A stretch of DNA of 64,000 nt from an uncultured Pseudomonadales bacterium (lineage in GTDB: Bacteria; Patescibacteriota; Microgenomatia; UBA1400; PJMF01). Both the position numbers and the translations under genes were made by a program. The stretch lies in NCBI GenBank assembly GCA_964447075.1, contig CAYUQY010000004.1, positions 3,760 to 67,759 of the forward strand. Reading direction: 5' to 3'. Below are positions 58,659-64,000 of the stretch, in pieces. Within the stretch, counting starts at the first letter, position 1. Every line of letters starts with the position of its first letter. The notes below the pieces were generated by a model, which saw only the letters and a list, made by a program, of their open reading frames with translations, had not been told where the DNA came from and searched no databases.

Positions 58659-60227
58659 ATGAAGTACTCTCCAAGCTTGACAATTTCCAACATCAAGAGC
58701 TTTGTCGTGAGACGTACACTCTACGACTGGTTGCTACTAGCTTGCCTCAGCCTTGCTAGTTTTTTAAGAGTTTGGAATCTACCCAACACCATCCAGTTTC
58801 TCAGTGACCAAGGGAGAGACGCCATCGTAGTCATGAGATTTATACGTTTTTTCGACCCAATGCTGATCGGTCCTGTCACTAGTAACGGCAACATGTATCT
58901 AGGTCCGGCTTACTACTACCTCATGGCTCCATTCTTGGCTCTTACTTTTCCATCTCCTATTGGTCCGGCTTACGGGGTGGCTATTTTTGGAGTCTTGACG
59001 GTCTTTTTGATTTACTATTTAGGTAGAGAAATGGTAGGTAAATCCGCAGCAGTCTTGGCTGCTTTTATGGCTAGCATTTCTGGAGTTCTAGTAGAGTATT
59101 CACGTTTTAGCTGGAATCCAAACTTGGCCCCTCTGGTCATGATGTTGTTGATTTGGTCACTCTTTCGATTTTGGACCAGAAGTAGATGGTACTTTGTCTT
59201 GAGCATACTTTGGTTCTCACTTCTCATTCAGCTCCACTACGTAACTTTACTAACTGCTCCAGTCATCGGTTTTGTTTGGCTTGCCTGTTTGATAGAACAG
59301 ACTCGTTTGAAGAAAGAAAAAGTGCACAGGGCTTGGTCGACACTCAAACTATTTTTGCCTTCCACCTTGAGTGGTATTTCTGTGTTCATACTCTCACTCC
59401 TCCCACAAATTATTTTTGAGTTTCTGCATAATTTTATTAATACCTCCTCATTTTTAAGCTTCATAGGAAGAGAGGACGGATCTTTTACCAGAGTAGGAAC
59501 TAGCATCAAGTTCATGAGAGTTTTGGGGGAGCTCCACGGCCGGAGTATGCAGATATTATTTGAGATGTTCATCGGCACCTCACGTCAGCTAAACACTTGG
59601 CTAGTAGTACTGGTAATTTTAGGTAGTATCTTTCTCTGGAGATCACTCAAAAATCAGAGTGACAAAAAAGCTTTTAGCATCACTGTTCTTTCTCTAGTCA
59701 CTGCTGCAGTAGGTTTGGCATTTTATCGTGGTAGTGTTTTTCACCACTACGTTCTCTTTACGATTCCTGTCACTTTCTTGCTCTTTGGTCAGATAATTAT
59801 CTTTTTATGGAAGAAGTTCCTTGTCAAGATACTTCTGCTTGCGTTCCTAAGTTACTTCATCCTCTGGAACATATCTACTGTCCCACTTAAGTCTCAAGGC
59901 TGGAAGTTGCGCGACATAGAGCGTGTTGCCAACAGTGTTTTAGCAAGAGTTAAACCAGGAGAAAAGTACAATATTGTCCTACTTTCTGAGATAAAAGACT
60001 TTGAAGGGACTAACTACCGCTACTTTTTAGAAGCAAGTGAAAAACCACCTGTCTCAATTGAGAAAAGAGGTGAAACTGAAACTCTCTTTATCATCAATGA
60101 GGATGGGAAACTCAAAGACACGCCCAATGACTCCCCCATCTATGAGATAGTAGTTTTCCCCAATCACAATCCAAGTGAAGTTTACAGTGACTCAGGGGGT
60201 CCAAGAATTACAGTCTTAAGAAAGTAA
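58659..60227 (+). CDS. ArnT/PMT_2-like GT-C glycosyltransferase (DxGRD subtype)
   Basis: FLSDQGRDA, LIGP, GPAYYYL, SRFSWNPN, QLHY. Confidence 0.85.
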   Translation: MKYSPSLTISNIKSFVVRRTLYDWLLLACLSLASFLRVWNLPNTIQFLSDQGRDAIVVMRFIRFFDPMLIGPVTSNGNMYLGPAYYYLMAPFLALTFPSPIGPAYGVAIFGVLTVFLIYYLGREMVGKSAAVLAAFMASISGVLVEYSRFSWNPNLAPLVMMLLIWSLFRFWTRSRWYFVLSILWFSLLIQLHYVTLLTAPVIGFVWLACLIEQTRLKKEKVHRAWSTLKLFLPSTLSGISVFILSLLPQIIFEFLHNFINTSSFLSFIGREDGSFTRVGTSIKFMRVLGELHGRSMQILFEMFIGTSRQLNTWLVVLVILGSIFLWRSLKNQSDKKAFSITVLSLVTAAVGLAFYRGSVFHHYVLFTIPVTFLLFGQIIIFLWKKFLVKILLLAFLSYFILWNISTVPLKSQGWKLRDIERVANSVLARVKPGEKYNIVLLSEIKDFEGTNYRYFLEASEKPPVSIEKRGETETLFIINEDGKLKDTPNDSPIYEIVVFPNHNPSEVYSDSGGPRITVLRK

Positions 60228-60306
60228 TCTAAAGATATAGCTTTCGCAAATAGGATTGACTACATGAAGCTAGTTAAAACTCTGACACATTGCTTTGGGA
60301 GAATTT

Positions 60307-61071
60307 ATGTTAAGTAATAAAATCTTTTTATCAGTTGTTGTCCCTTCATTTAATGAAAAGGCCAACATCGAGCGTCACTGCCTAGAGCTTGTTTCTGAGT
60401 ACTTATCCAAGCAGTCGTACTCTTGGGAGGTAATCTTGAGCGACGATGGCTCAACAGACGGAACTTGGGAGGATCTGGAGAATTTTGCCAAGACTCATCC
60501 TGGATTTAGAGCTCTTGCTAACACCCACGCTGGCAAAGGACCAACTGTTCAATCTGGTATGTTGGCAGCATCTGGGGAGTGGAAGCTTTTTACAGACTTT
60601 GATCAATCTACACCACTAAGTGAGATTGAGAAGCTTTTTCCTTTTAGCGATAGGTTTGAGGTTGTAATTGGGTCACGTGAGATTGCGGGCGCGTCCCGCG
60701 CCCGCGAACCCATTCATCGCCACCTCATGGGTAGGGTCTGGAACTTGACCGTCCAGGCATTAGCTGTGCCAGGAATTCTAGACACTCAATGCGGCTTCAA
60801 GCTCTTCAAAGGAACAGTCTCAGATCAACTTTTTAAAAACTTAGTTGTCTACTCACGCTCCAACTCTACTTCCAATGCTTTCACTGGAGCCTTCGATGTA
60901 GAGCTACTTTTTTTAGCCAGAAAACTTGGTTACAAAATTAAAGAGGTTCCCATCAGCTGGAAACACTACACCACTGCTCGCGTTAGTCCCGTTCGCGACT
61001 CACTTCGAATGTTGCGTGATATTGTTCGAATTCTCTGGGCAAACTCTAGAGGACTCTATAAGATTAGCTAG
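60307..61071 (+). CDS. Polyprenyl-phosphate glucosyltransferase (Alg5-like GT2)
   Basis: VPSFNE, DDGSTDGT, GKG..GML, FTDFDQSTP, IGSR, DTQCGFKLF, AFDVELL; ATG 60307. Confidence 0.88.
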   Translation: MLSNKIFLSVVVPSFNEKANIERHCLELVSEYLSKQSYSWEVILSDDGSTDGTWEDLENFAKTHPGFRALANTHAGKGPTVQSGMLAASGEWKLFTDFDQSTPLSEIEKLFPFSDRFEVVIGSREIAGASRAREPIHRHLMGRVWNLTVQALAVPGILDTQCGFKLFKGTVSDQLFKNLVVYSRSNSTSNAFTGAFDVELLFLARKLGYKIKEVPISWKHYTTARVSPVRDSLRMLRDIVRILWANSRGLYKIS

Positions 61072-61178
61072 AGGCTTCTGTTCATCAGAAGTTGTCATTG
61101 ATTGTTTTAAGCATTCGTCAACTTTAATTAAGCACCTAACAGGTCTAGTTTATAAAATTTAACTTTTCCTGATGCTCT

Positions 61179-64000
61179 ATGTTTAACAAATCACTCTTCT
61201 ATCTTTTCGTCGGATTATACTTGGTTGCTTTTCTTTTCTATGCCCTTTTTTCCTTTTCCCTAACCGACCCAAACTTGAGCTTCACGTCTTGGTTGCCATA
61301 CTGGAAGTTTCAGTGGTGGATGTGGGCCACTTTCTTTCACAACTCATATCTTCTATCTTCCAGTTATCTCAGCTTAGTTACTTTCATATTTGCTTGCTAC
61401 TTAGCCATTTACTATCTACTTCTCAAATCTACAGATAATTTTGGTCTGAAAAGAATAATCATCGGAGTCACGGCTTTGATACTAGGGATGCTAGTTATTT
61501 CCAACAATGCTTTATCTCATGACATGTTCAACTATATTTTTAATGCCAAAATGGTGATGGTGTATCAGGCGAATCCTCATCTTCAAACAGCCCAAGAGTT
61601 TGCAGCTAGTGATACCTGGGTGAGGTTTATGCACAACACTCACACTCCAGCCCCATATGGTTTTGGTTGGACAGTCTGGTCATTGATTCCTTTCATACTT
61701 GGTTTACAAAAGTTCACCATTACTTGGCTACTCTTCAAACTCTGGAGTTTGTGTAGCTGGTTTTTTATGATCTGGTCAATAAATTTCTTGTCGAAAAAAC
61801 TCTCAGGAAAGGAGATAAGCTTGGCATCCTGGTTTTTAATTTTTGCCAATCCTCTTATTTTGATTGAGATACTTGGAAATGGTCACAATGATCTCTGGAT
61901 GATGGCTCCTGCTGTGTGGTCGCTAGGGATACTCTTAACAGCTTCTAAGAATGGAAAAGTATCACTCAAAAACATCTTTTTTTCTGGTGTCTTACTCTTT
62001 CTCTCCATAAGTACCAAGCTAGCTTCTCTAACATTACTTCCCATTTGGCTCATGGTCACTGGAGTAGTTGTAGCTCGGGTTTATTTGAGTAAAAATTCTC
62101 TTGTTCCTAAGCTCTGGATTAAGCTTCAGCCTCATGTGCCATTTTTCTGTTCACTACTTCTTTTTGGACCTCTCTTCACTGCTCAGTCTCAACAGTTTTT
62201 ACCCTGGTACTTAAGCTGGGTATTAATCTGGATTCCAGTTACTTTTGGTCAAAATTGGTGGAAAAGATCATTAATTTTTCTGAGTTTTTTGAGCTTGCTA
62301 CGTTACTATCCTTTCTTGGCAGTGGGTGAGTACACACCAGCTGTAATTTTGCAACAAAAAATGATCACCTGGGTGCCATTTGGAGTCTGGTTGTGCTTAG
62401 AGGGTCTTGTTCTCGCCCTAAATTTTACCAAAATCAATCTTCTACTTTCTGGTCAAATCAAAAAATTGCGATTCATTCTGCGTTTATGGCCATTTGTTTT
62501 GCTGATCTTGGTGTATCTCTTGTTACACTTTTATCGTCTAGATTTCTTTCCTGTTTTTGCTGATGAATCAATTTATATTCGCTGGGCTCAATTAATCATT
62601 GATGATCCTGGTAGGTACGCTTTTTTTGCCCTCAATGATGGCAAGACGCCACTTTTTATGTGGCTACTCGTACCCTTGCAGTTCTTATTTAGCAATCAAC
62701 TGGTAGCTGGTAGAGTTTTGGCAGTTCTGGTGGGTTTACTCCAGCTGTGGGTCGTACAAGCTACGATCAAGTCTTGTGGTGGTCGTAAAAGTACTCAGCT
62801 TCTTGGCATGACTATGGTTTGCTTTTTGCCCTTTTGGTTTTTTCACCATCGTATGGCACTTATTGATGGTTTATTGACTTTATGTTTATCTGGAGCAACT
62901 TATTTTCTAGTTAGATTCCACCAGAGCGTCCAGTCTAGTCACTCTCAACATCTTAGACTTAAGCTGATAGCTTTGTCCGGAGCTTGTTTCGGTCTTGCTC
63001 TTTTAACCAAACTGCCAGCTCTTTTCTTTTCACCAGTATTTTTCTTGTCCAATTTGTTCTTTTACCCAGTTAGTTCTAGAAGTCTCAGCGTCTGGAAAAG
63101 TAATTTTTGGTACTGTTTACTTGGAGCTGGGTTGGGGCTCTTGATGTTTACCTTGCTAGCACTTCACCCTGCTTTTGGTCAGCTTTTCAGAAGAAGTGGT
63201 GACTTTACTTTTACCATCGTTGAGTCTCTCAAGGGTGGGTGGTTGCACTCCCTAACCCAGAGTAGTTATGCCCTGGCTGGTGTGATCAACTACATGAGCT
63301 TGCCCGTGGTTATTCTGTCCTTGTGGGGTGTGTTTATGGATAAAACTAGACGCTACAGCGGGTTTTTTATCCTTTGTGCTCTCTGCTACCTGCTTCCTTT
63401 CGCGCTGCTTGGCAAGATAGTCTTTATTCGTTACTTACTTCCTCTTAGTTTTTTTCTAACTGTGAGCGCGGCTCTGACTTTTCAGCGACTCTATGAGCAG
63501 TGGTTTGTAGATGTGTCTCAGCTGTCCAAAAAAGTTTTAGCTGCTATTTTTTTGACCACACTCCTCAGTGGAGCTGCTCAAACTTCTAGTAGTTTTATCA
63601 TTCCTTTACTCACAAGTTATGACTCAGTGCCTTTTAGCCCTTCCGACCGAACTCAGTATCTGGAAGACTGGTCTTCAGGGCATGGTATTTTTGAAACAGT
63701 GGAGTACATACGAAAACAAGCACTTGATCACACCATTTCTATTGCCACTGAGGGCAGCTTCGGGACTCTACCAGATGGAATTCTCCTGCTTTTACATCGT
63801 AGTGATCTAAGGAACATTTCTGTCTCAGGCATAGGTCAGCCAATTGCAGGACTTTCTCCAGAGTTTCTGGCTCACTCCAAAAAATTTGATCAAACAATTC
63901 TAGTTGTTAACTCACATCGTTTACTGATGTCGTTAGGCGACAGTCCAAAAATCATAGAACAGTGTCGACCCCACAACGCTCCATGCTTCCAGGTTTTCGA
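61179..64000 (+). CDS. Fusion of an MptA/B-like GT-C and an ArnT/PMT_2-like GT-C; >=940 aa, truncated by the right window edge
   Basis: Not in ORF track. Manual translation is open from ATG 61179 to 64000. Domain 1: LSHDMFNY..ANPH..PYG..NPLILIE..GHND..PWY. Domain 2: FADESIYIRWAQ..DGKTPLFMW..RMALID..TK..RY. Confidence 0.85.
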   Translation, partial: MFNKSLFYLFVGLYLVAFLFYALFSFSLTDPNLSFTSWLPYWKFQWWMWATFFHNSYLLSSSYLSLVTFIFACYLAIYYLLLKSTDNFGLKRIIIGVTALILGMLVISNNALSHDMFNYIFNAKMVMVYQANPHLQTAQEFAASDTWVRFMHNTHTPAPYGFGWTVWSLIPFILGLQKFTITWLLFKLWSLCSWFFMIWSINFLSKKLSGKEISLASWFLIFANPLILIEILGNGHNDLWMMAPAVWSLGILLTASKNGKVSLKNIFFSGVLLFLSISTKLASLTLLPIWLMVTGVVVARVYLSKNSLVPKLWIKLQPHVPFFCSLLLFGPLFTAQSQQFLPWYLSWVLIWIPVTFGQNWWKRSLIFLSFLSLLRYYPFLAVGEYTPAVILQQKMITWVPFGVWLCLEGLVLALNFTKINLLLSGQIKKLRFILRLWPFVLLILVYLLLHFYRLDFFPVFADESIYIRWAQLIIDDPGRYAFFALNDGKTPLFMWLLVPLQFLFSNQLVAGRVLAVLVGLLQLWVVQATIKSCGGRKSTQLLGMTMVCFLPFWFFHHRMALIDGLLTLCLSGATYFLVRFHQSVQSSHSQHLRLKLIALSGACFGLALLTKLPALFFSPVFFLSNLFFYPVSSRSLSVWKSNFWYCLLGAGLGLLMFTLLALHPAFGQLFRRSGDFTFTIVESLKGGWLHSLTQSSYALAGVINYMSLPVVILSLWGVFMDKTRRYSGFFILCALCYLLPFALLGKIVFIRYLLPLSFFLTVSAALTFQRLYEQWFVDVSQLSKKVLAAIFLTTLLSGAAQTSSSFIIPLLTSYDSVPFSPSDRTQYLEDWSSGHGIFETVEYIRKQALDHTISIATEGSFGTLPDGILLLLHRSDLRNISVSGIGQPIAGLSPEFLAHSKKFDQTILVVNSHRLLMSLGDSPKIIEQCRPHNAPCFQVF

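Noticed and set aside
200-63810. Short 60-150 aa track ORFs (e.g. 200-394, 32587-33033, 38028-38411, 61640-61849, 63568-63810)
   Set aside because: Antisense or off-frame shadows of well-supported genes, with no recognisable motifs
61072-64000. Right end as non-coding or pseudogene region (almost empty in the ORF track)
   Set aside because: Manual translation shows one continuous open frame from 61179; it is omitted only because it has no stop within the window
1-64000. Alternative genetic code (TGA as Gly/Trp), tRNA/rRNA, prophage or IS elements
   Set aside because: Genes end cleanly at TGA and are full length in code 11; no RNA gene, integrase, transposase or phage motifs were recognised

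Overview
A dense cell-surface glycan locus in the standard genetic code (TGA is used as stop). The gene style (compact, few Shine-Dalgarno sites, many polytopic GT-C enzymes, an LCP ligase, no lipid A/OM genes seen) resembles a Patescibacteria/CPR (Microgenomates-like) monoderm; this is inference. Content: 15 membrane GT-C-fold glycosyltransferase genes (16 catalytic domains; ArnT/PMT_2-like paralogs, three PTPS-related proteins, a PIG-V-like and an MptA/B-like domain), three polyprenyl-phosphate sugar synthases (one fused to GtrA), 10 soluble GT2/GT4s, both Wzm/Wzt and Wzx exporters, an LCP ligase, two SAM methyltransferases, an acyltransferase-3, rmlB/rmlD, rmd/gmd, ugd, a GalE-like epimerase, a PBP1C-like/thioester alpha-2-macroglobulin pair and an orphan trmD. 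Four ORFs absent from the ORF track were read by hand: an edge-truncated GT2 (1-971), a 59-aa coiled-coil micro-protein (3957-4136), a 46-aa membrane peptide (42657-42797) and a >=940-aa in-frame fusion of two different GT-C enzymes (61179 to the window end). Also seen: a 57-bp tandem duplication separating two convergent gene ends, overlapping bidirectional -10 boxes, and an AT-rich left block. No rRNA, tRNA, CRISPR or mobile element was recognised. Family assignments come from motif recognition, not database searches.
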